A DNA stretch of 64,000 bases from an uncultured Gemmatimonadales bacterium (GCA_963707505.1 CAVPQB010000004.1:96001-160000), one strand, 5' to 3'. Shown: positions 17,794-28,678, counted from the first letter of the stretch. Notes: generated by a model from the letters alone, not told the origin. Made by a program: numbers and translations.

Positions 17794-20700
17794 TCGCATC
17801 GTCGACAGAAGTTGTGGCGCCTGACTGCCAGGCGCGAGCGAACGCGTCGTCTCCCATCATGGATGACAATGACACTCGCGATCGTTCGTGCGCTGCTTCG
17901 TAGCGTGGCGGCCGGCGAGCGCCGAGCATTTCGCGACCATGGCCAGCCGCCGCGAGTAGCGTCGCTGCAAGCTCGGGGCGACCGGGAGCGAGTGTGAGAA
18001 TCGCGATCGCTTCGATACAATCGATGGCGACGGGAATTGCGCCGAAATCGCGTGCGGTAGCGAGCGCGCGGGCGAGCTCATCCCACGCCTGAACTTCATT
18101 GCCCAGCGCGTGAAGTACCGTGCCGAGTAGCAGACGGGCCTCTGCAACACCGTGCAATCCTCCGGTCTGACGACGGACGTCGAGTGCCTCGTCGAGGATC
18201 TGGTGGGCGTGATCGAGGCGACCGTCATCACGCAACATTGCGCCGAGCTCCGTGAGCGTGTATGCGATGGGCCATAGACGTCCACCCTGCTCGCGCAATT
18301 CCGGCAGATACTTCACCTCGATCGCAGTGACATGGTCACCCGGCTCACCGGCCGCATGCCGCGCAGCGGCGAGCCGGACGAAGCTCAGCACCCGGTAGCC
18401 GTGATCGGCCACCGGTTCCAGCATGTCTATTGCACGTGTGTGCAGCTCGATCGCGCGTGTGAAATCGCCGCGCCGGGCGGCCAGCACGCCGGTCCATCCC
18501 AGCGTGAAAGCAGCCGCCCTGCGATCGCCGCGCTGTTGTTGTGACGCAACAGCATTCGCGAAGCAGGTTTCGGCGCGAGAATACTGTCCACGCTCCATCG
18601 CGATCCAGCCAAGCGTATTGAGCGACAGCGTAGCGCCAAGCGCATCGCCAGCCTTATCGTGCATCTCCATGGCTGTGGTGGCCATCTGCTCACCTGCGTT
18701 CATGTCGCCAATTATCCACGCCGACCATGCGAGATTGTTCAACGTCGTCGCGACGCCGGCCTCATCACCTGCCTCGCGGTGCAGTGCAAGGCTTCGCGCA
18801 AAGAGGTCGTGTGCCTCGGGAAATACGCTGCGCGTATTCGCGAGCTGACCGGCACTGCTCAGCAGTCCCGCACGCAGTTTGATGTCGAGCGCGTTGCTCC
18901 CAGTGTCGCGCAGTGCAGCATCGTCCGCGGCTTCGATCACTCGACGCAGGTACTCCACGCCCTCCAAGAGCGGCCCGCGTGTAAGCCACAGCCGATGCAA
19001 TGCGATCGTAAGTCGCGCGGCGGTTACAAGCCGTTCGGGCGATTGCGCGCGCGCTTCGCCGAGCGCGGTGTCGATCGCAATGCGGCAGTTCGCGTATTCC
19101 CGCTCCAGTCGATCCAGCCATTCAGCCTGTGCCGGACCGCGGAGCTGAGTCGCGGCGCGCTCCGCCAGAGACAGGTAATATGCGCCATGTGCGCGCCGTG
19201 CCTCGGCCTCGCCGTCAGCCGCGCGCAGCCGATCCAGTGCAAACTCGCGCACAGTCTCCAGCATGATGAAGCGCGGCTCTCCGTCTGACTGCTCTTCGTG
19301 ACGTAGCAGGCTCTTGTTGCATAGAGATCCAAGCAGGTCGAGTACTGCGAAGGATGAGTGCGTCCCTCCATGCGGGAGATGCGTTGCATCATACATCGCT
19401 TCTGCTGCTTCGATCGAAACACCGGCAGCAAATACCGACAGCGTGTTGAAGAGCGTCCGCTCGGCATCGGTGAGCAGCACGTAGCTCCAGTCGATGACGT
19501 TACGCATCGTGCTGTGACGTGCCGGACGGTCATGGGAACCTGCCTGTAGCAGATCGAATCTGCTCTCCAGTCGCGCGAGCATCGCGCGGGGCGATAGCAG
19601 CTTCGCTCGCGCCGCCGCGAGCTCGAGTGCAAGGGGAAGCCCGTCGAGTCGCCTGCAGATCTCCGCTACAGCCAACAGGCCGTCGTCGTTCAGAGTGAAG
19701 TCCGGCCGAACTGCGCGTGCACGCTGCACGAAAAGGCGGACTGCTTCGCTGCTTGCTGCGTCGGAATCTGTCGACGATGGCGTCGTTAGTGGCGGCACGG
19801 GGAGTTCCTGCTCTCCCTGCACGCCGAGTGGGATTCTGCTCGTGACCAGTACCGAGACCCGAGGGCACTCCGCGAGGAGCGCGGATACGAACGTCGCGGC
19901 CTGAATTACATGCTCGAAGTTGTCGAGCACTACGAGGGCGCGTCGCTTACGCAGCGCGGCGATCACCCGGTCGCGCGGATTGCTGCCCCCGAGATCGCGC
20001 AGACCCATGGTCTGCGCGAGAATCGACGGAACCAGGGCAGGATCCGAGATCTCCCCGAGCGGCACGAACCAGATTCCGTCGATATCCTCGTCGTGCAGGT
20101 TGGCGGCAAGTTGTAGTGCGAGACGAGTCTTGCCGGTACCGCCCGGACCGGTGAGCGTGAGCAGGCGGGTTTGCGACAGGAGATCGCGTGCAAGCTCGAT
20201 TTCCCGCTCGCGGCCTACGAAACTCGTCACGGGGCTCGGCAGCGCGACGCTCGCCGATGCGCGTGTCATGGCCGCGCTCTCATCCTCGTTCATGCAGTTG
20301 GCGAGCGCGCGACTCACGATTGCTGCGCTCCTTACACGTCGTGCGGCGTCGTTTGTCAGGAGATTCGCAAGCAACTCGCGGATTTCCGGCGGTGCATGAA
20401 CATCGTCCGGCAGCGGCGGCGCCGGGTCGTCGTTGGCGAGCGCTCGTAACAGTGTCTCCGCGTTCGATGCCGTGAATGGACGAACGCCTGCGAGCATCTC
20501 GTACAACAGCACACCCAGCGCCCACAGGTCGGTACGGTGGTCCACCGGCTCTCCGCGCGCCTGCTCCGGCGACATGTAGGCGATGGTCCCGATCGTGATT
20601 TCATCCTTCGTCGACATGCTTCCCGTCATCAGCTTCGCCGCACCGAAGTCTGCGAGCTTGACGGCGCCGTCGGCGTCGAACAACACATTTGCCGGCTTGA

Positions 20701-21319
20701 CGTCTCGATGAACGATTCCCGCCGAATGCGCGGCGTCAAGAGCGCTCGCGATCTGCGCGGCGATGCGAAGGGCGTCGGCCAGCGGCAGTGCACCATTCGC
20801 GATGCGGTCACGGAGCGTTTCGCCGGGATAGTAAGACATCGCGATGAACGCTCGTCGATGTCCGTCCTCGCCGACGTCGTGCACCGTTGCGACGTGCCGA
20901 TGGTCCAGCTTCGCCGCAGCGCGTGCCTCCGCCAGGAATCGTGCCCGTCCTGAAGAATCATCGCTTGCGGAGCCGCGAAGAAATTTGAGCGCCACCGGCC
21001 GCTCGAGCTGAGTATCCCATGCGAGATGGACGTCGCCTGTCGCACCCTGGCCAAGACGGCTCTGTAACTGGTACCGTCCAGCGATGACGTCGCCTGCCTC
21101 GCAATCGACGCCACGGTCAGCGGCTGTGTGTGTGAGAACCCCGAGGAAGTCACCAGCACGGTCTGCGGCGGCGAGCAGCGATGTTACTTCGTTAGCGACA
21201 GCGGCAGAAACATCGGGTGTGGACGCCAGCTGTCTCACACGCGTCTCGCGCGCGGCGGGTCCGAGCTCCATGAGCTCGTCGAAGAGGCGCTCCACCTCTG
21301 CATTCCGCTCCTGCGACAC
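17765..21319 (-). CDS. Cytosolic Ser/Thr kinase fused to STAND (NB-ARC-like) ATPase and TPR repeats
   Basis: Kinase motifs LGQGATG, VALK, HRDVKPAN, DFG, GTIAYMSPE; P-loop GPGGTGKT; Walker B LVVLDNFE; GLPLA; C-terminal TPR helices; no TM segment. GTG 21319 follows a TGnTATGAT -10. Confidence 0.9.
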   Translation of the reverse strand: MSQERNAEVERLFDELMELGPAARETRVRQLASTPDVSAAVANEVTSLLAAADRAGDFLGVLTHTAADRGVDCEAGDVIAGRYQLQSRLGQGATGDVHLAWDTQLERPVALKFLRGSASDDSSGRARFLAEARAAAKLDHRHVATVHDVGEDGHRRAFIAMSYYPGETLRDRIANGALPLADALRIAAQIASALDAAHSAGIVHRDVKPANVLFDADGAVKLADFGAAKLMTGSMSTKDEITIGTIAYMSPEQARGEPVDHRTDLWALGVLLYEMLAGVRPFTASNAETLLRALANDDPAPPLPDDVHAPPEIRELLANLLTNDAARRVRSAAIVSRALANCMNEDESAAMTRASASVALPSPVTSFVGREREIELARDLLSQTRLLTLTGPGGTGKTRLALQLAANLHDEDIDGIWFVPLGEISDPALVPSILAQTMGLRDLGGSNPRDRVIAALRKRRALVVLDNFEHVIQAATFVSALLAECPRVSVLVTSRIPLGVQGEQELPVPPLTTPSSTDSDAASSEAVRLFVQRARAVRPDFTLNDDGLLAVAEICRRLDGLPLALELAAARAKLLSPRAMLARLESRFDLLQAGSHDRPARHSTMRNVIDWSYVLLTDAERTLFNTLSVFAAGVSIEAAEAMYDATHLPHGGTHSSFAVLDLLGSLCNKSLLRHEEQSDGEPRFIMLETVREFALDRLRAADGEAEARRAHGAYYLSLAERAATQLRGPAQAEWLDRLEREYANCRIAIDTALGEARAQSPERLVTAARLTIALHRLWLTRGPLLEGVEYLRRVIEAADDAALRDTGSNALDIKLRAGLLSSAGQLANTRSVFPEAHDLFARSLALHREAGDEAGVATTLNNLAWSAWIIGDMNAGEQMATTAMEMHDKAGDALGATLSLNTLGWIAMERGQYSRAETCFANAVASQQQRGDRRAAAFTLGWTGVLAARRGDFTRAIELHTRAIDMLEPVADHGYRVLSFVRLAAARHAAGEPGDHVTAIEVKYLPELREQGGRLWPIAYTLTELGAMLRDDGRLDHAHQILDEALDVRRQTGGLHGVAEARLLLGTVLHALGNEVQAWDELARALATARDFGAIPVAIDCIEAIAILTLAPGRPELAATLLAAAGHGREMLGARRPPRYEAAHERSRVSLSSMMGDDAFARAWQSGATTSVDDAITLALHSHS

Positions 21320-21524
21320 GCCCAATCATACCACCGGAACCGGTCGTGAGACAGCGCCGGCAGGTCGTTTTCAGGCGGGTCCGAAATCTTGCCGGCGAGT
21401 TGCGTGAAATATCCCGCACCCGATTTTCGCTATTGGAGTGTCAGGCAGCAACAGGCGCTGCAGCATGTGCGGCAGCATGTGCTGCAGCATGCCCGGCTTG
21501 GGGCGAACACTCAGGAGTGAGACC

Positions 21525-22334
21525 ATGAACACGAAACGATTCATCGGCATCGCCGCAGTAGTGGCGACCGCGACCGCGGCCATCGCGATTGCCTGCTCCA
21601 ACACCGAGGCGCCGGACTCGAAAGCGGGTACGTTCTACGGGCCGTCGCAGAGCTTCGCGCAGGGAACCGCGCGCGCGTGGGTGCAGACCGACGCGGCCGG
21701 CGACGCGACTGCACTGGGTATTGCCATGACCGAACAGGCTCTCAACGGCCTGCCTGCGACGGCGACCGGTCCGAGCCCCACCGCGCTGATGGTCACGCTG
21801 CCGCTACCAGCACAGGCGCAGGGTCACGGCTTCGACCACGCCGAGCTGGGGTGGAATCCAAATGGGCACGAGCCACCGCAGCTGTATGGCGTGCCGCACT
21901 TCGACCTGCACTTCTACATGGTGAGTAGTGCAGCGCAGAACGCCATTCTCCCGAGTGATCCGCAGTACGGCGCCAAGGCGGCGAATTATCCGTCGGCGAA
22001 TATGATACCGACGGGTTACGTTCCCCCTCCGGGCGTCGCAGCCACCAACGCCGTGCCGCAGATGGGTCTTCACTGGACCGACACCAAGGCGCCCGAGCTG
22101 AACGGGCAGGGATTCACCAACACGTTCATCTTTGGGTCGTGGGATGGAAAGTTCATCTTCCTCGAGCCGATGATCACCAAGGCGTATCTCGAGACGCATC
22201 CCAATGCAACTCACGCCATTCCGCAGCCTGCTGACTGGGGCACGTCGGGTCGTTTCCCAACGAGTTACACGGTCAGCTACGATCAATCGGCGAAGGAGTA
22301 TCGCTTCACGCTCGGCGGGTTGACGCAGCACTGA
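21525..22334 (+). CDS. DUF5602 / TTHB210-like lipoprotein with conserved His motifs
   Basis: AGGAG RBS; lipobox IAC; WNPNGHEP, PHFDLHFY, PQMGLHW and FLEPMIT motifs. Confidence 0.75.
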   Translation: MNTKRFIGIAAVVATATAAIAIACSNTEAPDSKAGTFYGPSQSFAQGTARAWVQTDAAGDATALGIAMTEQALNGLPATATGPSPTALMVTLPLPAQAQGHGFDHAELGWNPNGHEPPQLYGVPHFDLHFYMVSSAAQNAILPSDPQYGAKAANYPSANMIPTGYVPPPGVAATNAVPQMGLHWTDTKAPELNGQGFTNTFIFGSWDGKFIFLEPMITKAYLETHPNATHAIPQPADWGTSGRFPTSYTVSYDQSAKEYRFTLGGLTQH

Positions 22335-22412
22335 CGCAGCACTGACGCCGATCGACCTGGCGGGTGACGCTGGCTGTACTTGCTGTGGCTGTACTTGTGG
22401 CTGTACTTGTGG
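22321..22412. repeat. Short tandem repeats: 11-bp TGACGCAGCAC (x2.5, spanning the stop codon) and GCTGTACTTG-containing units (x3)
   Basis: Read directly at 22321-22348 and 22373-22412. Confidence 0.8.
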
Positions 22413-22427
22413 CGCGCATCGGGGTAA

Positions 22428-23549
<1,122 letters not shown>

Positions 23550-23554
23550 ATCAA

Positions 23555-24541
23555 ATGCAGAAACGACATCTTGGACGTGACCGGCTGGAAGTATCTGCAC
23601 TCGGACTCGGGTGTATGGGGATGAGCGACTTCTACGGTGCGCACGATGACAACGAATCGATTGCGACGATCCATCGTGCGATCGAGCTTGGAGTAACGCT
23701 GCTCGATACCGCGGACATGTATGGGCCGTTCACGAACGAACGGCTAGTCGGGAAGGCGATTCATGATCGTCGCGACAGGGTCATGATCGCGACCAAATTC
23801 GGGAACATGCGCTCGGAGTCGGGCGCCTATCTCGGCATCAATGGGTCGCCGGACTACGTGCGCAAGGCATGCGATGCATCGCTCGGACGGCTCGGCGTGG
23901 ATCACATCGATCTCTACTATCAGCATCGTGTCGATCCCAAGGTGCCCATCGAGGATACGGTGGGAGCGATGGCAGATCTCGTGCGCGCTGGAAAGGTGCG
24001 GCATATCGGAATGAGCGAGGCCGCGCCGGCTACACTGCGGCGTGCCAATGCGGTGCATCCCATCACTGCATTGCAGACCGAGTATTCACTCTGGAGTCGC
24101 GACGTGGAGGATGAGATCCTTCCAACGTGCCGTGAGCTTGGCGTCGGCTTCGTCGCCTACAGTCCACTCGGCCGTGGCTTTCTCACCGGCAAATTCAAGA
24201 GTGAGAGCGACCTTCCCGCTGACGACTGGCGTCGCAACAATCCGCGCTTTCAGGGTGAGAACTTCGACAGGAATCTGGATCTCGTGCGGCACGTCGAGCA
24301 GTTGGCGAAGTCGAAAGGCTGCACGCCATCGCAGATCGCGCTCGCGTGGCTGCTCAATCGGGGCGACGATATCGTGCCGATTCCGGGGACCAGGCACGAG
24401 AAGTACCTGGAGGAGAACGTCGGTGCGCTTGACGTCACACTCACGGCCGCGGACATGTCGCGCATCGATGAGATCGCACCGCACGGAGTCGCGGCGGGAG
24501 AGCGGTATGCCGAGGGCGGGATGAGGTCAGTGGGTTTGTAA
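23555..24541 (+). CDS. Aldo/keto reductase (tandem paralog)
   Basis: [40 protein letters not shown]. Confidence 0.95.
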   Translation: MQKRHLGRDRLEVSALGLGCMGMSDFYGAHDDNESIATIHRAIELGVTLLDTADMYGPFTNERLVGKAIHDRRDRVMIATKFGNMRSESGAYLGINGSPDYVRKACDASLGRLGVDHIDLYYQHRVDPKVPIEDTVGAMADLVRAGKVRHIGMSEAAPATLRRANAVHPITALQTEYSLWSRDVEDEILPTCRELGVGFVAYSPLGRGFLTGKFKSESDLPADDWRRNNPRFQGENFDRNLDLVRHVEQLAKSKGCTPSQIALAWLLNRGDDIVPIPGTRHEKYLEENVGALDVTLTAADMSRIDEIAPHGVAAGERYAEGGMRSVGL

Positions 24542-24554
24542 ACACTCCAGATGG

Positions 24555-24657
24555 CGTCGTTCCCGCGAAAGCGGGAACCGATGTTATCGATCTCTGAGTG
24601 AGATGACGGGTGAAGTGGGTCGGCAGCAGATGGATTCCCGCGTTCGCGGGAATGACG
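24555..24657. repeat. REP doublet (REPIN-like): two inverted palindromic units
   Basis: CGTCGTTCCCGCGAAAGCGGGAACC (24555-24579) and GGATTCCCGCGTTCGCGGGAATGACG (24632-24657); the right unit has an exact ATTCCC-N8-GGGAAT core. Confidence 0.85.
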
Positions 24658-24728
24658 AGTCTCGCTTTCTCTCTCTCTCTCCTCTCCTTCGGCCCCTTGC
24701 CAGCCTGACATCGGGTCTTTTACATTAT

Positions 24729-24769
24729 CCATTATTAATCACCTACTTAAACTAACTGATTAATAATGG
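24729..24769 (+). promoter_or_regulatory. Putative TetR operator (13-bp inverted repeat overlapping the start codon)
   Basis: CCATTATTAATCA, 15 nt, TGATTAATAATGG; AT-rich island covering ATG 24766. Confidence 0.75.
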
Positions 24770-25401
24770 CTGCAGATAAAGACGGCGAAACCGAGGCGCG
24801 GATTCTTCGAGCGGCGCGCACCGTCTTCGTGCGGCACGGAACCGCCGGCGCGCGAATGCAGGAGATCGCCGAGGAGGCCGGCGTCAACCAGGCGCTGCTG
24901 CACTATTACTTCCGGTCCAAGGACCGCCTGGCGCAGGCTGTCTTCCGCGATGTTGCGGGGCGGATGGTGCCGTCGATCGTCGCCGTGTTCGGCTCCGAGA
25001 GCAGCATCGAGCAGAAGGTCGAGCAGTTCGTGCACCTCTACATCGACGTGGTGCGGCAGAGTCCGTTCATCCCGGGTTATATCGTCGCGGAGCTGCACTT
25101 CAATCCGGAGCGGCTAACGGCACTGGCGTCGGAAATCGCGGGTACACATCCAGCCAGTGTGATGCAGGCATTCCTGCCACGACTCGGCGCACAGATCGAC
25201 GAGCAGGTGAAGATCGGCGCGATGCGCTCGATCGCGCCTGACCAGTTTCTCGTGAATCTGGTCGCGTTGTGCGTCTTTCCGTTCGTCGCGAGGCCGGTGC
25301 TGCGCATCGTATTCGGCCAGGACGACGCTGCATTCTCGCGATTCCTCGACGAGCGGAGACGAGAGCTTCCTGACTTCATCCTCAACGCGCTGAGGCCGTG
25401 A
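24766..25401 (+). CDS. TetR/AcrR family transcriptional regulator
   Basis: ILRAARTVFVRHG..GARMQEIAEEAGVNQALLHYYFRSKDRL HTH. Confidence 0.95.
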   Translation: MAADKDGETEARILRAARTVFVRHGTAGARMQEIAEEAGVNQALLHYYFRSKDRLAQAVFRDVAGRMVPSIVAVFGSESSIEQKVEQFVHLYIDVVRQSPFIPGYIVAELHFNPERLTALASEIAGTHPASVMQAFLPRLGAQIDEQVKIGAMRSIAPDQFLVNLVALCVFPFVARPVLRIVFGQDDAAFSRFLDERRRELPDFILNALRP

Positions 25402-26727
25402 TGAAGTGTGGTCAACCAATCAATGCCGTTGTGTGTGCGGTGATTTCGATGTGTGCCGGTCCCGTTGATGCTGCACGCACAACAGTCCGCCGCGCGTGAC
25501 TCGCTTCGGCTCGGGGACCTGCAGAACCGCGCTGTGCAACACGACCCGCGCACCCGGCAGCTCGATCTGCTGTCGTCACAGTCGGCGCTCCGGATGCAGG
25601 ACATCGATGCGTCACGGCTTCCCACAATCGGCGCGAATGCGCAGGCGCAGTATCAATCGCAAGTGGTGACTCTCCCACTCCAGCTTCCGAACGGACTGTC
25701 GTTTCCCGTTCCGCCGCACGACACGTACGACGCGCACGTCGGAGCGCAGCAGCCGATCTACGACCCGACAGTGAGCGCCCGACGCGGCGTCGAGCGCGCG
25801 CAGCTTGCAGCGTCGGAGGCGGGTGTTCAGGCATCCACGTTCGCCCTGCGACAGAACGTCAACGACGCGTACTTCTCTGCGTTGCTGCAACAGGCTCAAC
25901 GCGCGGAGCAGGAGACCGCGATCACGGACCTGCAGGCCAGGCGAAAGGTCGCCGCCAGCCGCGTAGCGCAGGGATCGGCGTTGCCCAGTGAGACGGACAT
26001 GCTCGATGCGGAGATCCTGCGTCGCCGTCAGGCGGTTGCGCAGCTTGCCGCCAGCCGCGATGCTGCACTCGTCGTGCTCGGCGATCTCACCGGCCAGGAG
26101 ATAACGAGCGCGGATGCACTCGTCCTGCCGGATCTGGGCGCGGAGGTTGCGCGAGCACGACAGGGCGTCGACACGTTGCGTGCGCGGCCGGAATACGAGC
26201 AGTTCGCGCGCACACGTGACGTTTTGGCGCAGCAGCAGGTATCGCTCGGCGCGGCAGATCTGCCGCGCGTGTCCGCATTCGGACGCGCTGGATACGGTCG
26301 ACCCGGGTTGAATCCGCTGGCGCAGGAATTCAGCAACTACTGGCTCGCCGGCGTTCAGGTCGAGTGGACACCATGGAACTGGGGCGCGACGAGACGCGAT
26401 CACGAGGTGTTGGCGCTGCAGCGAGAGATCGTTGCCACCAATGAGGCAGCATTCACGCAGAGTGTTCGACGAGCGATCGCGCATGACGTCGCCTCGATCG
26501 ATCAGCTGGCGCAAACGCTCGCGGATGACGATGCGATCGTCGCTCTGCGCGAGAAGATTCTGCGCGAGACCGGATTTCGATTTTCGGAAGGCGTGATCAC
26601 GTCGGCGGAATACGTGGATCGCGAAACCGACCTGCTGGACGCGCGGCTGTCGCGCGCCACGCATCGCGTGCAACTCGCACAGGCGCGCGCGAACTTTCTG
26701 ACATCACTCGGCTTGGGGGTTCACTGA
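25401..26727 (+). CDS. TolC family outer-membrane efflux protein; probable frameshift in the signal-peptide region (main ORF 25453..26727)
   Basis: OEP repeats (VNDAYFSALL, RFSEGVITSAEYV). ATG 25401 overlaps the tetR stop and encodes MKCGQPINAVVCAVISM one base out of frame with the body. Confidence 0.85.
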
Positions 26728-27707
26728 TGATTCGCTCTGGTGTTACCGGCATCGGCGGAACGCGCTGCGGGGCGCTGGCGCTGGCCGTCAGTTTCACTTT
26801 CGCCGGTTGCGGGGGTGGAAACAAGCCTGATGCGTACGGCAACTTCGAGGCGACGGAGGTCGTGGTATCGGCGCAAACAGCGGGACAGATTCAGCGCTTT
26901 ACTCCCGTTGAAGGAATGCAGCTCGTGCGCGGCGCCGAGGTAGCGCTTGTCGATACGACACAGCTTGCGCTGCAGCGGCGACAGGTAGACGAGCAGCGCA
27001 ACGCGGCGAACGAGCGCAGTACGGAAGCTGCGAGACAGTTGAAGGTGTTGCTGGTGCAACGGGACGTATCGCAGCGGGCATACGAGCGCACTCAGCGGCT
27101 TCACGCGGAGCAGGCGGCCACGGCCCAGCAGTTGGATCAGTCCGAGCGGGATTATCGCACGTTGCTGGCGCAGATAGAAGCTGCGCGCGCACAGAGCAGG
27201 AGCGTCGGGATGGAGGCTGCGTCGGCGGATGCGCAGGTGGCGCAGATCCGCGACCGGATCGGCAAGAGCCTGGTGACGAATCCGCAGACCGGGACGGTGC
27301 TGACTACGTACGCGCGCGCGGGCGAGGTGGTGCAGGCCGGAACACCACTCTACCGGATCGCGGATCTCGACACTCTGGTACTGCGCGCGTACGTGAGCGA
27401 GCCGCAACTGACGTCATTCAGGGTTGGGCAGATTGTCGACGTGCATGTCGATCGAGGCGGTCATGTAATGACGCTGCCCGGCACTGTAAGCTGGGTATCA
27501 TCGACGTCGGAATTCACACCGACGCCGGTGCAGACGCGCGATGAGCGCGCGGATCTCGTGTACGCTGTCAAGGTGCGAGTCGTCAATCGCGATGGCGCGC
27601 TCAAGATCGGGATGCCGGCGGACATGTCCATTCGAGCGACGAGTGCAAATCCCAATGCAAATCCCGCCGCAAACACGGATTCACCCGCGCCGCCACACAG
27701 CTCGTGA
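26727..27707 (+). CDS. HlyD family membrane fusion protein (YbhG-like)
   Basis: Lipobox FAGC; GNFEATEVVVSA; SEFTPTPVQTRDERADLVYAVKV; LKIGMPAD. Confidence 0.92.
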   Translation: MIRSGVTGIGGTRCGALALAVSFTFAGCGGGNKPDAYGNFEATEVVVSAQTAGQIQRFTPVEGMQLVRGAEVALVDTTQLALQRRQVDEQRNAANERSTEAARQLKVLLVQRDVSQRAYERTQRLHAEQAATAQQLDQSERDYRTLLAQIEAARAQSRSVGMEAASADAQVAQIRDRIGKSLVTNPQTGTVLTTYARAGEVVQAGTPLYRIADLDTLVLRAYVSEPQLTSFRVGQIVDVHVDRGGHVMTLPGTVSWVSSTSEFTPTPVQTRDERADLVYAVKVRVVNRDGALKIGMPADMSIRATSANPNANPAANTDSPAPPHSS

Positions 27708-28678
27708 CGGACCAGGGAGTGCCGAGTTCGCAAGCGCCGCTGGAAGTTCGCGGCGTATCCAGGCGCTTCGGGGAAACTGTCGCGCTGTCGGACGTCTCGT
27801 TCGACGTGAAGGCTGGCGAGCTGTTTGGACTTGTGGGGCCGGACGGTGCTGGGAAGACCACGCTGTTTCGCATTCTGACGACGCTGCTCGTCCCGGATTC
27901 CGGCTCCGCGACCGTGTTGGGACTGGACGTGGTGCGCGATCTGTGGGCGATTCGCTCTCGCGTCGGCTACATGCCAGGACGATTCTCACTCTACGCCGAT
28001 CTGAGCGTCGAGGAAAACCTGAGCTTTTTCGCTTCGGTGTTTGGTACGAGCATCGATGAAGGACGTGCCATCATCGCACCGATCTACGAGCAGATAGAGT
28101 CCTTCAAGGATCGTCGCGCTGGCGCTCTATCCGGTGGAATGAAGCAGAAGCTGGCGCTTTGCTGCGCACTGGTCCACCGTCCCGAGATTCTTTTTCTCGA
28201 CGAGCCGACGACTGGTGTTGACGCGGTCTCGCGACGGGAATTCTGGGATCTGCTTGGCGCGCTCAAAAAATCGGGTCTGCCAATTCTGGTATCGACCGCT
28301 TACATGGACGAGGCGACGCGTTGCGACCGGGTCGGGCTTATCCAGCAAGGGCGTATTCTTGCCGTCGACGCGCCTGCGGCGATCGCGGCGCGATACCCGC
28401 ATCCGCTGATCGCCGTGCATGCAAACGAGCGACACAGGCTGATCCAGTTGCTGCGGGATTACCAGCACGCGAAATCCGTCTACCCGTTCGGAGACGAAGT
28501 CCATTACAGCGATGCGCGGACAGGGATGGCGACGGCTGATATCGGGGCGGAGCTGCGCGAGTATCTCCTCGGCAAAGGATTCACGGGTATTCGCGTGGCA
28601 CCGATCTCCGCTGGCGTCGAGGACGCGTTCATGGAGTTGATGGGGCAGCCAGAGCCGGTCGTCAGGGCGGCTGCATGA
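27704..28678 (+). CDS. ABC exporter ATP-binding protein
   Basis: GPDGAGKT, LSGGMKQKL, LFLDEPT. Confidence 0.95.
   Translation: MTDQGVPSSQAPLEVRGVSRRFGETVALSDVSFDVKAGELFGLVGPDGAGKTTLFRILTTLLVPDSGSATVLGLDVVRDLWAIRSRVGYMPGRFSLYADLSVEENLSFFASVFGTSIDEGRAIIAPIYEQIESFKDRRAGALSGGMKQKLALCCALVHRPEILFLDEPTTGVDAVSRREFWDLLGALKKSGLPILVSTAYMDEATRCDRVGLIQQGRILAVDAPAAIAARYPHPLIAVHANERHRLIQLLRDYQHAKSVYPFGDEVHYSDARTGMATADIGAELREYLLGKGFTGIRVAPISAGVEDAFMELMGQPEPVVRAAA

Noticed and set aside
21438..21524. Cys-rich leader CSMCGSMCCSM as a metal-binding or RiPP precursor peptide
   Set aside because: It is the translation of a 12-bp tandem repeat upstream of the true RBS and ATG at 21525; no modifying enzymes nearby.
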